Counted from the stretch's first letter, positions 29,747 to 39,879 are shown. The stretch: DNA of 64,000 bases from Planctomycetota bacterium (GCA_016207825.1 JACQZI010000027.1:66929-130928); one strand, 5' to 3'. The notes: generated by a model from the sequence alone, not told the origin. A program made the numbers and translations.

Positions 29747-30556
29747 ATGGCTAATATTCATTCTACCGCGGTTGTTTCTCCCAAGGCGCAACTGGATCCG
29801 GATGTGGAAATAGGCGCTTATGCCTTTATCGGGGACGATGTTATTATCGGAGCGGGTACGAAAATATGGAATCACGTAACCATTACCGGCCACACCACGA
29901 TAGGCAAAAATAACAAGATTCTTCCTTACGCGGCAATCGGGCTGGCGCCGCAGGATTTGACTTATAAAGACGAGCCGACTCAGGTTATTATCGGGGACAA
30001 CAATACCATCAGGGAATTCGTCACGGTTAATCTGGGGGCGGTAAAGGGGGAAAGCAAAACGGTTATCGGTAATAATAATCTTATCATGGCGTACAGTCAT
30101 ATCGCGCATGATTGCATTTTGGAAGACAATATCGTGATGGCCAATTCCGTCCAGCTGGCCGGGCATGTCAAGGTGGAGAAATGCGTTTCTTTCAGCGGGC
30201 TGGCCGGGGTGCATCATTTTACCACCATCGGGGAATATTCATTCGTCGGCGGGGTCAGCCGGATTGTGCAGGATGTCCCGCCTTTTATGATGGTGCACGG
30301 AAATCCGGCAAGGGTCCGGGCGGTGAATATTATCGGGCTGGAGCGGCGCGGCTTTTCCGCGGAAGCCGTTAAGGCAATCAAGAGTGCTTACAAGCTTATC
30401 TGGCATTCCAAAAATACGCCGATGCAGGCGATAAGAATGCTGGAAAAGCAGAAGGATAACCTGCCGGAAGTTAATACTTTGATTCAATTCGTGAAGAGCG
30501 CGCAAAAAGGGGTGGAAGGAAGAGCCAAGGAGCTGCTTCGTAAAAAAGGTTTTTAA
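29747..30556 (+). CDS. lpxA: acyl-ACP--UDP-N-acetylglucosamine O-acyltransferase
   Basis: IHSTAVVSPKAQL, hexapeptide repeats, and an LpxA C-terminal helical domain. Confidence 0.9.
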   Translation: MANIHSTAVVSPKAQLDPDVEIGAYAFIGDDVIIGAGTKIWNHVTITGHTTIGKNNKILPYAAIGLAPQDLTYKDEPTQVIIGDNNTIREFVTVNLGAVKGESKTVIGNNNLIMAYSHIAHDCILEDNIVMANSVQLAGHVKVEKCVSFSGLAGVHHFTTIGEYSFVGGVSRIVQDVPPFMMVHGNPARVRAVNIIGLERRGFSAEAVKAIKSAYKLIWHSKNTPMQAIRMLEKQKDNLPEVNTLIQFVKSAQKGVEGRAKELLRKKGF

Positions 30557-30605
30557 ACACAGATATTTGTTTTCCGTATTTTGATTTAGCGCGATAAGGA
30601 GTTTT

Positions 30606-31595
30606 ATGAATTGGAAAAACAAGAAAGTCTTGGTCACGGGCGCCGGAGGGTTTATCGGCAGCCACCTGGTTGAAGAGCTGGTTAAAATGGGTGCCGATGT
30701 CAGGTGCTTTATCCGTTATAATTCGCGCGGCGATTGGGGCCAGATAGAGTTTTTACCGGAAAGAATAAAAGACCACCTGGAAATTATCATGGGGGATTTG
30801 AAGGACAGCGATGCGGTCAGGAAAACCGCCAAGAAGTGTGATACGATTTTTCACCTGGGCGCGTTGATTGCCATTCCTTATTCATACATACATCCGCTGG
30901 ATTTTGTACAGACCAATATAACAGGGACGGTAAATCTTTTGAACGCCGCGTTGGAAAATAAAGTGGAAAAGTTTATCCACACTTCAACCAGCGAAGTTTA
31001 CGGGACGGCGCAATACGTGCCGATTGATGAAGCGCATCCTTTGCGGGGGCAATCCCCTTATTCGGCGAGCAAAATCGGCGCGGACAAGATGGCGGAAAGT
31101 TATTACCGGGCGTTTGGCTTAAAGGTGGCGGTTATCAGGCCGTTTAACGCCTACGGACCGAGACAGTCTGCCCGGGCGATTATCCCGACGATTATCACGC
31201 AAGCTTTGACAAAAGGTATGATTCACCTTGGTTCTTTATCCCCGAAAAGGGATTTTACTTATGTGGGCGATACGGTAAATGGTTTTATCAAGATTGCCGA
31301 ATCGGAAAAATCCGTGGGTGAGGTGATTAATATCGGTTCAGGGAAGGAAATAAGCATCGGCGAACTGGCTGATTTGATAGCTAAATTAAGTGTCCGGAAG
31401 ATAAAAGTGGTTTTCGATGATAAACGGATAAGACCGCCTAAAAGCGAGGTCGAAAGGCTTTTAGCGGATAATAATAAAGCGCATGATTTGATTAACTGGG
31501 AACCGACCGTTTCTTTGGAAGAGGGGTTAAAGAAAACAATAAGCTGGGTCAGGCAAAATATTAAGCGTTATAAATGTGATCTTTATAACGTGTAA
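30606..31595 (+). CDS. NAD-dependent epimerase/dehydratase (sugar-nucleotide 4,6-dehydratase/decarboxylase-like SDR)
   Basis: VTGAGGFIGSHL, catalytic YSASK, TSTSEVYG. Confidence 0.8.
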   Translation: MNWKNKKVLVTGAGGFIGSHLVEELVKMGADVRCFIRYNSRGDWGQIEFLPERIKDHLEIIMGDLKDSDAVRKTAKKCDTIFHLGALIAIPYSYIHPLDFVQTNITGTVNLLNAALENKVEKFIHTSTSEVYGTAQYVPIDEAHPLRGQSPYSASKIGADKMAESYYRAFGLKVAVIRPFNAYGPRQSARAIIPTIITQALTKGMIHLGSLSPKRDFTYVGDTVNGFIKIAESEKSVGEVINIGSGKEISIGELADLIAKLSVRKIKVVFDDKRIRPPKSEVERLLADNNKAHDLINWEPTVSLEEGLKKTISWVRQNIKRYKCDLYNV

Positions 31596-31610
31596 GTAGG
31601 GACGTTTGAT

Positions 31611-32321
31611 ATGAAAAGAGCCGTAATTTTAGCCGGAGGAAAAGGCGCCAGGCTTGCGCCGTATTCCACCGTCCTTCCCAAGCCTTTGATGCCGATAGAC
31701 AGCATGCCTATATTGGAAGTGGTTATCAGGCAACTTAAGTTTTACGGGTTTACCCAATTGACGATTGCCGTCGGGCATCTGGCCGAATTGATAGAATCAT
31801 TTTTCGGAGACGGAAGAAAATGGGGTGTGAAGATCGATTATTCCAGGGAAGATAAGCCCCTGGGAACAGCCGGGCCTTTATCCTTGGTTAAGAATTTAAA
31901 GACGCCGTTTCTGGTGATGAACGGTGATTTGCTTACCACGCTAAGTTACAGGGATTTTATGAATTGCCATACCAAATCCAAGGCGATTGCCACACTAGGG
32001 GTTTTTCAGAGAGCGGTTAAGATAGATTTGGGGGTAATAAAAAGCGACAGCAAAAATATTATCAGGGAATATATAGAAAAGCCGTCCTTGGAATATGATG
32101 TCAGTTCTGGAATTTATGCCTTCAATCCGTCCGTCCTGAAGCACATCCCAAAAAACAGGCGATTGGATTTGCCGGATTTGGTTCGTAATCTGATCGCAAA
32201 TAAAGAAACTGTGATGGCGTATAAATTCAAGGGGTATTGGCTGGATATCGGGCGCCATGATGATTACGCGCAGGCCGCGGAAGAATTCAGCAGGAACCGG
32301 CGCAAGTTTTTAAGACAATGA
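31611..32321 (+). CDS. sugar-phosphate nucleotidyltransferase
   Basis: AVILAGGKGARLAPYSTVLPKPLMPI (NTP_transferase G-loop). Confidence 0.8.
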   Translation: MKRAVILAGGKGARLAPYSTVLPKPLMPIDSMPILEVVIRQLKFYGFTQLTIAVGHLAELIESFFGDGRKWGVKIDYSREDKPLGTAGPLSLVKNLKTPFLVMNGDLLTTLSYRDFMNCHTKSKAIATLGVFQRAVKIDLGVIKSDSKNIIREYIEKPSLEYDVSSGIYAFNPSVLKHIPKNRRLDLPDLVRNLIANKETVMAYKFKGYWLDIGRHDDYAQAAEEFSRNRRKFLRQ

Positions 32322-33241
32322 AAAAAGCTTTAATCACAGGGGTAAACGGATTCAGCGGCATTCATCTGGCGGAGTTTCTTCTGGGTCAAAAGGTAAGTGT
32401 TTGCGGGATAGATATCTCTCCGAAGATTTCCCATCACTATAAAATCAGGACGGATATTAAATACATAAAGCTTGATATCCTTGATGCGAAGGCGGTATCA
32501 AAGGTAATCCGGGATATAAAACCGGATTATATTTTTCACTTGGCTGGTTTATTAAAGGGTGATAACCTTGCCGAGTTTTTAAAGGTGAACGTCCAAGGCA
32601 CGCAAAATATCCTTGAAGCGGCATATGTCGTAAAATCAAAAGTCCTTATCAGCGGCTCGGCCGCTGAATACGGAATAGTTTCAAGCAAAGAGCTGCCTAT
32701 TAATGAAGAAACGCCGCCGCGGCCCATCGGTTTTTACGGCATCAGCAAGCTGGCGCAGACGATGCTGGGATACCAGTATTTTATAACCAGAGGAATGCCG
32801 GTTTGTTTAACCAGGGTGTTTAATATGACCGGGCCTGGGGAAAAGCAATCGATGTTTTGCTCTTCCGTCGCACAACAGATTAAGCGCATTGCGGAGCGCA
32901 CAGCAAAGCCGGTTATTTATGTCGGCAATATTACCCCGAAACGAGATTTTATTGATGTTCGTGATGTGGTTCGCGCGTATTGGGCGATTATTAACAAGGG
33001 AAAAATAGGCAGGATATATAATATTTGTTCAGGGAAAGCATACGCGATGAAAGATATTATAAAAATGATGGGGAAAATCGCCCGCGTGAAAAAGCTGGTT
33101 ATAAAACCTGATCCGCGAAAGGTTCGCGCGATAGATATCCCGGTCCACAAGGGCGATTATTCGGCGCTCCGTAAAGATACCGGATGGAAGCCGGCAATCA
33201 AGCTTGAACAGACATTAAAAGATATTTTACAATTCGTATAA
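32318..33241 (+). CDS. NAD-dependent epimerase/dehydratase (GDP-sugar reductase/epimerase-like)
   Basis: ITGVNGFSGIHL, YGISK catalytic dyad. Start overlaps the upstream stop. Confidence 0.75.
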   Translation: MKKALITGVNGFSGIHLAEFLLGQKVSVCGIDISPKISHHYKIRTDIKYIKLDILDAKAVSKVIRDIKPDYIFHLAGLLKGDNLAEFLKVNVQGTQNILEAAYVVKSKVLISGSAAEYGIVSSKELPINEETPPRPIGFYGISKLAQTMLGYQYFITRGMPVCLTRVFNMTGPGEKQSMFCSSVAQQIKRIAERTAKPVIYVGNITPKRDFIDVRDVVRAYWAIINKGKIGRIYNICSGKAYAMKDIIKMMGKIARVKKLVIKPDPRKVRAIDIPVHKGDYSALRKDTGWKPAIKLEQTLKDILQFV

Positions 33242-33245
33242 GGAG

Positions 33246-34235
33246 TTGCTCTCCATGAAAGCGCTTTATCTGGTAGCGGCTCTCCCCACCGCAAATAACC
33301 CCCGCACCGGCGTTTTTGTCAGAGAGCAGATTGATTCGCTTAGGGTTAAAGGCGTTGAGATAGATACGCTGGTCGTTAACGACAGAAAAGAGGATAAATA
33401 CGGCGCTTATTTGAAGGCAATTGTCAAACTAAACAAAAAGATAAGGCAAAACAGATACGACTTTATACATGCGCATTATGGCTCTCTTGGTTTGATTGCC
33501 TGTTGCCAAGCCAAGTTGCCCTTCGCGATAACTTTCTGGGGGGATGATGTTTTAGGTACCCCGGATAAAACAGGACGTTATAAAACAAGAACGAGTTTGC
33601 TGGTTGCCTTAAACAAGATTAATGCCAATAAAGCATTCATGGTTATTGTCCAGTCTGAAGAGATGAAAAAACGCCTGGGGAAACCTGACGCGTTTATCAT
33701 TCCGTTCGGGGTTGATTTAAACCTGTTCAATCTTACTAATAAAGACGATGTTTGCGCAGCCTTAAAGATAAATTCCGGTAAGAAACGGATTTTGTTTGCC
33801 AACGATTCCTCTATTCCGGTAAAACAATTTAACTTGGCCAGGAAAGTATTTGATGTGGTAAAAGAAAAACGTCCCAATACAGATTTGGTTGTTACAAATA
33901 AATATCCGCGCGAGGCGATGCCTTTATACATGAACGCCTGCGACGCGCTGATTCTTACGTCTTTACACGAAGGCTCCCCGAATGTAATTAAGGAGGCGAT
34001 GGCCTGTAACCTTCCGATAGTTTCGGTTGATGTAGGTGATGTCCGCGAGGTAATCAAGGATACGAAAAACTGTTTCATCACTTCACGAGATCCGAAAGAA
34101 ATGGCGGAGCGAATTATACAGATTTTTGATTCGGGCGAACGCAGCGACGGTCGAGAACATATCGGTCATTTAGATATAAATAATATCGCCCAGCAAATTA
34201 TAGAAGCATATAAAAAAGCATGCAAAAAGTCTTAA
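33246..34235 (+). CDS. glycosyltransferase family 4 (group 1)
   Basis: GT-B fold. C-terminal EGSPNVIKEAMACNLPIVSVDVGD (EX7E-like motif). Confidence 0.8.
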   Translation: MLSMKALYLVAALPTANNPRTGVFVREQIDSLRVKGVEIDTLVVNDRKEDKYGAYLKAIVKLNKKIRQNRYDFIHAHYGSLGLIACCQAKLPFAITFWGDDVLGTPDKTGRYKTRTSLLVALNKINANKAFMVIVQSEEMKKRLGKPDAFIIPFGVDLNLFNLTNKDDVCAALKINSGKKRILFANDSSIPVKQFNLARKVFDVVKEKRPNTDLVVTNKYPREAMPLYMNACDALILTSLHEGSPNVIKEAMACNLPIVSVDVGDVREVIKDTKNCFITSRDPKEMAERIIQIFDSGERSDGREHIGHLDINNIAQQIIEAYKKACKKS

Positions 34236-35395
34236 TGGTTGTTCACTCGTATTACCCTTCGGACCCGCGCGTAAAACGCGAAGCGGTTGCGCTGCATGAT
34301 AAAGGGTTTGAGGTTGATGTCGTTTGTTTGCGGGAGAATAACGAGCGGCGGTATGAAACCGTAAACGGAATAGGCGTTCACCGCCTGCCTGTTAAAAGGC
34401 ATAGGGGAAGCGGTTTTTTTATCTATTTGACCGAGTATTTGACTTTTTTCTTCTTAGCCTTATTAAAAACCTCTTCACTATTTATCGAAAAGCGCTACAA
34501 AATAATCCAAATACATACCTTGCCGGATTTTCTGGTATTTTGTTCTTTGGTTCCAAAATTATTCGGAGCCAGAGTTATACTGGATATGCATGAGGTCATG
34601 CCGGAATTCTTTTCCTACCGTTATGGCATTCCGAAAGAACACCCGGCAAATCGTATTATTCAGCTATCCGAGAAGTTGTCAATCATGTTTGCCGACCATG
34701 TGATTACGGTAAGCGATACGCTCAAAGAAATACTGGTTTTGCGCGGCGTCCCCGCTCATAAAATAACGATAATAATGAATGTCGCGGATGAAAAACTATT
34801 TAAGCCGCGTGTAACGACACAGGTTAAGCAAAAAGTTTTTACATTGGCTTATCACGGATTGTTATCGGGTATATATGACCTTAACGTTGTTTTTACCGCT
34901 TTAAAAATACTTAGGGGGAAGATTCCAAATCTAAGGTTTATAGTTATCGGTAAAGGCCCGCAAGGCCCGGAATATAAAAATGCCGTTTGTAAGTTAGGTC
35001 TGGAATCTGTCGTATCTTTTGAAGGGCATATGCCTCAGGAGAAAGTTATTCCATTGCTTAATAATGTTGATATCGGAATTGTCCCGTTGGATAAAAGCGA
35101 GTTTACTCAGATTGCTTTTCCGACAAAAGTGGTTGAATACATTGCCATGGGAATACCGGTGATAACCGCTAACCGAAAAACCGTTAAACAATATTTTAAT
35201 GATAATACAATTGCCTTTTATGAGGCGGGCGACCCGCAATCTCTGGCGGATAGAATTATTGAATTATACCGGCATCCGGAAAGATTGAATAATCTGGTAA
35301 AAACCGCTTCGGATTGTTATAAAGAAATAAGCTGGGATAAAATGAAGAATCGGTATTATCAACTGATGGATAATATTGTGGGAGGAACGAGATAA
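34220..35395 (+). CDS. glycosyltransferase family 4 (group 1)
   Basis: N-terminal HSYYPSDPRVKREAVAL. C-terminal GT1 domain (FPTKVVEYIAMGIPVI). Confidence 0.8.
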   Translation: MQKVLMVVHSYYPSDPRVKREAVALHDKGFEVDVVCLRENNERRYETVNGIGVHRLPVKRHRGSGFFIYLTEYLTFFFLALLKTSSLFIEKRYKIIQIHTLPDFLVFCSLVPKLFGARVILDMHEVMPEFFSYRYGIPKEHPANRIIQLSEKLSIMFADHVITVSDTLKEILVLRGVPAHKITIIMNVADEKLFKPRVTTQVKQKVFTLAYHGLLSGIYDLNVVFTALKILRGKIPNLRFIVIGKGPQGPEYKNAVCKLGLESVVSFEGHMPQEKVIPLLNNVDIGIVPLDKSEFTQIAFPTKVVEYIAMGIPVITANRKTVKQYFNDNTIAFYEAGDPQSLADRIIELYRHPERLNNLVKTASDCYKEISWDKMKNRYYQLMDNIVGGTR

Positions 35396-36318
35396 TGTAT
35401 TTGGTTACGGGCGGCGCCGGTTTTATCGGTTCGCATATTGCGGAAGCTCTTGTTAAGCAGGGCAAGAAGGTGCGGATTCTGGATAATTTCTCTAAAGGCC
35501 GCATGGAAAACCTCAAAGGAATTCTCGATAAAATACAGTTGATAAAGGGTGATATCCGCAGTAAACCCGATGTAAGGCATGCGGTTAAGGGCGTTAAATA
35601 TATCTTCCATGAAGCCGCATTATGCTCTGTTCCTAAATCACTGGATAATCCTGGAGAGTTTAATGAAGTAAATGTTACCGGCACTTTAAATCTTCTTATG
35701 GCGGCACGTGAATACGATATTAAGCGGTTTGTCTTTGCTTCTTCAAGCTCAGTCTACGGCAATGATAAAACCTTTCCGAAAAAAGAATTCTTTTTCCCTC
35801 AGCCCATTTCCCCATATGCTGCCAATAAACTGACCGGAGAATATTATTGCCGTGTTTTCTGGGAATCTTACAGGTTGCCTACGGTTGTATTGCGTTATTT
35901 CAACGTTTTCGGCCCCAGGCAGAGGTTGGATGACCAGTATGCTGTGGTTATCCCAAAGTTCATTTCGTCATTGTTAAATAATCAAAAGCCTCCTGTTCAT
36001 GGTGATGGCAGGCAATCCCGTGATTTTACTTATGTTGTTAATGTGGTTCGAGCCAATCTTATTGCTATAAAAGCCAGGCCGCATTCCTTTGGTAAGGTTT
36101 TTAATGTCGCTTGTAATAATGCGTACACCATATTAGATTTAATAAAGATTCTTAATAAGCTTATGGGAAAAAATATAAAACCGGCTTTTTTGCCTTCCCG
36201 TAAAGGGGATATTAAACACAGCTGGGCTGATATTTCGCTTGCCAATAAACATTTGGGTTATAAACCGCTGGTCGGATTTGAAGAAGGGTTAAAACAAACC
36301 ATAGAATATTTCAAGTAA
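35395..36318 (+). CDS. NAD-dependent epimerase/dehydratase (UDP-sugar 4-epimerase, WbpP/TviC-like)
   Basis: VTGGAGFIGSHI, YAANK, and the overall SDR fold. Confidence 0.8.
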   Translation: MYLVTGGAGFIGSHIAEALVKQGKKVRILDNFSKGRMENLKGILDKIQLIKGDIRSKPDVRHAVKGVKYIFHEAALCSVPKSLDNPGEFNEVNVTGTLNLLMAAREYDIKRFVFASSSSVYGNDKTFPKKEFFFPQPISPYAANKLTGEYYCRVFWESYRLPTVVLRYFNVFGPRQRLDDQYAVVIPKFISSLLNNQKPPVHGDGRQSRDFTYVVNVVRANLIAIKARPHSFGKVFNVACNNAYTILDLIKILNKLMGKNIKPAFLPSRKGDIKHSWADISLANKHLGYKPLVGFEEGLKQTIEYFK

Positions 36319-36337
36319 CTACAACAGGAGATATATA

Positions 36338-36658
36338 ATGATAACCATTGATGACTTCAGGAAAATAGAATTGAAAACCGGTAAAATAATATCCGTGGAA
36401 AACCACTCCAACGCCGATAAATTATATGTGCTGAAGGTTGATATCGGCGGGGAAATCAGGCAGATTGTCGCTGGATTAAAACCGTATTTAAAACCCGAGG
36501 AATTGCTTAATAAGAATGTCGCGGTTGTAGTGAACCTTCAGCCGGCAATACTGCGCGGAGTAGAAAGCCAGGGGATGGTGCTGGCGGCTTCGGCAGAAGG
36601 ATTGGTTACAATTTTAACCCCTGATAAAGAAGTGCCTCCCGGCTCCCGGGTATCTTAA
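36338..36658 (+). CDS. tRNA-binding domain protein (CsaA/YgjH-like, EMAP fold)
   Basis: DFRKIELKTGKIISVENHSNADKLYVLKVDIGGEIRQIVAGL is a typical OB-fold tRNA-binding domain. Confidence 0.75.
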   Translation: MITIDDFRKIELKTGKIISVENHSNADKLYVLKVDIGGEIRQIVAGLKPYLKPEELLNKNVAVVVNLQPAILRGVESQGMVLAASAEGLVTILTPDKEVPPGSRVS

Positions 36659-37281
36659 TAAGGTTTCTTGGTTAAGCCGGTAACGCATCTCAGGTCTTTT
36701 ATATTCCGCCGTGCTTTTGCCGGATTACCGTAAGCAACCGCCCGCGCCGGAATATCCTTTGTCACGACCGAGCCCGCCCCGATTAAAGCGTATTCGCCTA
36801 TTTTCACGAATGGCAGTATGGTCGAACCCGCCCCGATTTGCGCGCCTTTTCCGATGGTCGGCCCTTTCATGCATTCCCTGGAAAACTTGCATCCCGGATG
36901 CATATCATTGGCGATGGTCACTCCGGGCGCCATAAACGCGCCGTCCCCGATACTGGTAAACTGCGCCACGTAACAATTGGAATGGATTTTGACGTCATTC
37001 CCGATTTTGCAACCGTAATCAATCACCGAATTATTCCATATCTTAAAATCGTTCCCGATAGAGTTTTCTTCCCTGATGATGACGTTATGTCCGGTCTCCA
37101 GGTTATCGCCTATTTTCGAGCCCAGATATACGATGCTCCCGCGCCTGACCTTGGCGTTTTTCCCGATAACCAGCGAACTATCCGCAATCTTCCTTTGCGG
37201 TTGGTAGCCGACTTCGGTATTCTTTTCGAATTTATATCCTCTACCTAACAAAATCTTTTTTCTTATCATTTGAGAATCCAA
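36655..37281 (-). CDS. hexapeptide-repeat (LbH) acetyltransferase, sugar O-/N-acetyltransferase-like
   Basis: Multiple [LIV]GxxxxI hexapeptide repeats and a C-terminal GNPAKxxR. The start may be the internal Met at 37269. Confidence 0.7.
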   Translation of the reverse strand: MDSQMIRKKILLGRGYKFEKNTEVGYQPQRKIADSSLVIGKNAKVRRGSIVYLGSKIGDNLETGHNVIIREENSIGNDFKIWNNSVIDYGCKIGNDVKIHSNCYVAQFTSIGDGAFMAPGVTIANDMHPGCKFSRECMKGPTIGKGAQIGAGSTILPFVKIGEYALIGAGSVVTKDIPARAVAYGNPAKARRNIKDLRCVTGLTKKPY

Positions 37282-38269
37282 TCAAAAGATTGTCCCCTTC
37301 TTTTTTATAATCCAAATCCGAATAAATATAAGTCCCGTTTTCCGGTTTAACCAGAGCTCTTTTAAGGTTGTCGGCAGAGGTTATGATGACCTTTCCGTCC
37401 ACCTGTTCGAGGTACATTATCGCTGCTTTCACTTTCGGTCCCATGCTTCCGCTCCCGAAATGCCCTTCCTTTAAATATGCCTTTGCTTCGGTTAAAGACA
37501 TCTTGTCAATCGCTTTCTGGTTTGGTTTTCCGTAATTTAGATATACTTTCGGAATCGTGGTTAATATTAAAAGCGTTTGCGCCTTCATCTCGCTTGCCAG
37601 TATTGCCGAGGCAACATCTTTGTCAATTACCGCTTCGATGCCTTCATAATCATTATCCGCTTTTTTCCAGATGGGGATTCCGCCGCCGCCTAAGGCAATG
37701 ACCACGTGCCCGTCCACGGCGAGGTCGTGTATCATCGGGCGCTGGATTATCTTTACCGGCATCGGGGATGCCACCACACGGCGGTATCCGCGGCCGCTGT
37801 CTTCTTTCATCTGCCACTTGCGCTCTTTTTCCAGGATGCCCGCTTTTTCCTTGTCAAAGAAGGGGCCGATTGGCTTGGTTGGATTCTTAAATGCCGGGTC
37901 GTCTTTATTGACCACCACCTGCGTAATCATCGTGACGACATAGCGTTTTATTTTATGCCGCCTCAGTTCATTAAGTATTGCCTGCTGCAAAATATAGCCG
38001 ATGCTCCCTTCGGACTTGGCGACGCAGACATCTATGGGCATTGACGGAACCTGCTCACTGGCGGATTCATTTTGTATTAGGATATTGCCAACCTGCGGGC
38101 CGTTGCCGTGCGTGATAACCAGGTCGTAATCTGCCTTAAGTAAAGGAAATAGCTCCTTGGCAGTGCGCGCGGCGTTGGCTTCCTGCTCGCTGATAGTCCC
38201 TTTTTCCTTCTCGGTCAGGAGCGCATTCCCGCCCAATGCTAATACCAATAGCGGTCTTGTTTTGTTCAT
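37241..38269 (-). CDS. arcC: carbamate kinase-like
   Basis: Amino-acid-kinase fold: LVLALGGNAL...VITHGNGPQVG...the C-terminus matches carbamate kinases. No arcA/arcB/otc is adjacent. Confidence 0.75.
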   Translation of the reverse strand: MNKTRPLLVLALGGNALLTEKEKGTISEQEANAARTAKELFPLLKADYDLVITHGNGPQVGNILIQNESASEQVPSMPIDVCVAKSEGSIGYILQQAILNELRRHKIKRYVVTMITQVVVNKDDPAFKNPTKPIGPFFDKEKAGILEKERKWQMKEDSGRGYRRVVASPMPVKIIQRPMIHDLAVDGHVVIALGGGGIPIWKKADNDYEGIEAVIDKDVASAILASEMKAQTLLILTTIPKVYLNYGKPNQKAIDKMSLTEAKAYLKEGHFGSGSMGPKVKAAIMYLEQVDGKVIITSADNLKRALVKPENGTYIYSDLDYKKEGDNLLIGFSNDKKKDFVR

Positions 38270-38357
38270 AGTTTTTATTAAGGATACCGGGTAAATGTTA
38301 AAACTGAATTATAGTAACTTTTGCCTTTGGGTCAATCAAAATAAGATTTAATCAATT

Positions 38358-38434
38358 CTGCCACTAAGACACAAAGGCACAAATAGGAAAAACTAATAAT
38401 TTAATTCTTAGTGTCTTGGTGCCTTCGTGGCTAA
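38358..38434. repeat. palindromic element: ctgccactaagacacaaaggcacaaat - 20-nt AT spacer - inverted copy (rc ttagccacgaaggcaccaagacactaag)
   Basis: Same TTAGCCAC+(NAAGRCAC)x3 family as at 2164/2587 and 39799/39850. Confidence 0.6.
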
Positions 38435-39781
38435 TTTTTGGAATAATGCGAATTGAAGACCTGCTTGGTTAATAAACATCTCCAGCCCGCTTATGATGCG
38501 GCATACTTTTGCCCGCGCCTGGCGCAGCAATTTAGTTTCAGGCGGACGGTATATTGTATCCATAACCGCTAATCCTTTATGCAGGAGCTTTGCCGGGATT
38601 GGAGCGGCGTTTGGTTTCGGCATCATCCCGACAGGCGTGGCATTGATTAAAATATCAGTTTGCTTCATTGTTTCTTTTATCTTATGCCATTGAATAGCCT
38701 TGCATCCCAAGTCACGGGCCGCTTTTACGGCTTTGTCATAATGGCGATTGGCAATGGTAACCCTTGCTCCGTTATTTATAAGTTCATGGGCGATTGCCCG
38801 CCCCGCCCCGCCCGCTCCGAGGATTAAAATCTGCTTATCTTGCACTGAGCCTGTCGAAGCGCCTAAAGCCAGAATTGCGCCCCTGCCGTCCGTATTCGTA
38901 CAGATAAAACCGCCTTTCTTGTCGCGGTAAATAGTGTTAACTACGGAATTCCTTATCACTTTCTCTTTGAATGGCATCGTCACGCTAAGCGCGCGGATAT
39001 CCAGCGCACGCATCAGTTCAGGCAGAACCTTTATATTATGTATAAGGAACGGCAGATAAACCGCATTCATTTTGTATCTCTTGAATAATCCGTTGAATAA
39101 TACCGGGCTTAGGGAATACTTTACGGGATTACCGATTAGGCCGAAAACACGTGTTTTATTGTTTATCTTATCTGCCTGGTAATTATATTTCATCTCGTGG
39201 TAATCCAGTTGCCCCTCTGCGGTCCCTTCGGCGTTGTTAAGCGAGGCGTAAGACATCCATCCCCCGAACCGGCGGTAGAGCACACGGCTTGATAATCCTG
39301 CCTCTCCCATACAAAAGGCTGTGGTTGGTATAGTATCTTTGGTGTGTTTCAGTAAATTGAATATTTTAAGGTTATCCAATATATCATTAGCATAAGTGAC
39401 TATCTTAATAACATCCGACCTGGTTTCAGCCATTTGCTTATGGAGCCGTTTAAGGAAAGCCAACGAGGGCGTTTCCTTGAAATCATGGTAAGAAGCGATT
39501 ATCTTAGGCAGTCCTCGCTTGATATGGGGCATGTCTTCAAACGCTACATCCACATAGTCAAAGCGTCCGGAATCAATGGCGGATTGGAGGAGGCGGATAT
39601 TGTTCTTGGAGCGGCAAGTGAATATTAACCTGGTCCGGCCGGTTTTGGGAATGCGCTTTATATCGAAATCAGGAATCCCATCCGCGCGGAGCTCGATAAA
39701 ATCCGGCTTTTCCTTGAGAGCCAGTTGGAGTTTCTCCATCAGGCCACTGAACGATGTCGCTTTAATCGATATACACAACAT
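38408..39781 (-). CDS. aroDE: bifunctional 3-dehydroquinate dehydratase (type I) / shikimate 5-dehydrogenase
   Basis: N-terminal type I DHQase TIM-barrel region. C-terminal AroE (SLSPVLFNGLF..., Rossmann GAGGAGRAIA). Confidence 0.8.
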   Translation of the reverse strand: MLCISIKATSFSGLMEKLQLALKEKPDFIELRADGIPDFDIKRIPKTGRTRLIFTCRSKNNIRLLQSAIDSGRFDYVDVAFEDMPHIKRGLPKIIASYHDFKETPSLAFLKRLHKQMAETRSDVIKIVTYANDILDNLKIFNLLKHTKDTIPTTAFCMGEAGLSSRVLYRRFGGWMSYASLNNAEGTAEGQLDYHEMKYNYQADKINNKTRVFGLIGNPVKYSLSPVLFNGLFKRYKMNAVYLPFLIHNIKVLPELMRALDIRALSVTMPFKEKVIRNSVVNTIYRDKKGGFICTNTDGRGAILALGASTGSVQDKQILILGAGGAGRAIAHELINNGARVTIANRHYDKAVKAARDLGCKAIQWHKIKETMKQTDILINATPVGMMPKPNAAPIPAKLLHKGLAVMDTIYRPPETKLLRQARAKVCRIISGLEMFINQAGLQFALFQKLATKAPRH

Positions 39782-39798
39782 AATAAATCTTTTAAATC

Positions 39799-39879
39799 AG
39801 CCACAGAGGCTCAGAGAACACGGAGACCAAACATTTTATTTACAATTTCCTCTGTGCCCTCTGTGCCTCCGTGGCTAAT
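39799..39879. repeat. palindromic element: tcagccacagaggctcagagaacacggagacc - 20-nt AT spacer - cctctgtgccctctgtgcctccgtggctaa
   Basis: Third member pair of the same family. Sits in the divergent aroDE/nifU-like promoter region. Confidence 0.6.

Noticed and set aside
36711-37248. Plus-strand ORFs of 74 and 136 aa antisense to the LbH acetyltransferase
   Set aside because: They lie entirely inside the hexapeptide-repeat gene on the other strand and have no independent signals.
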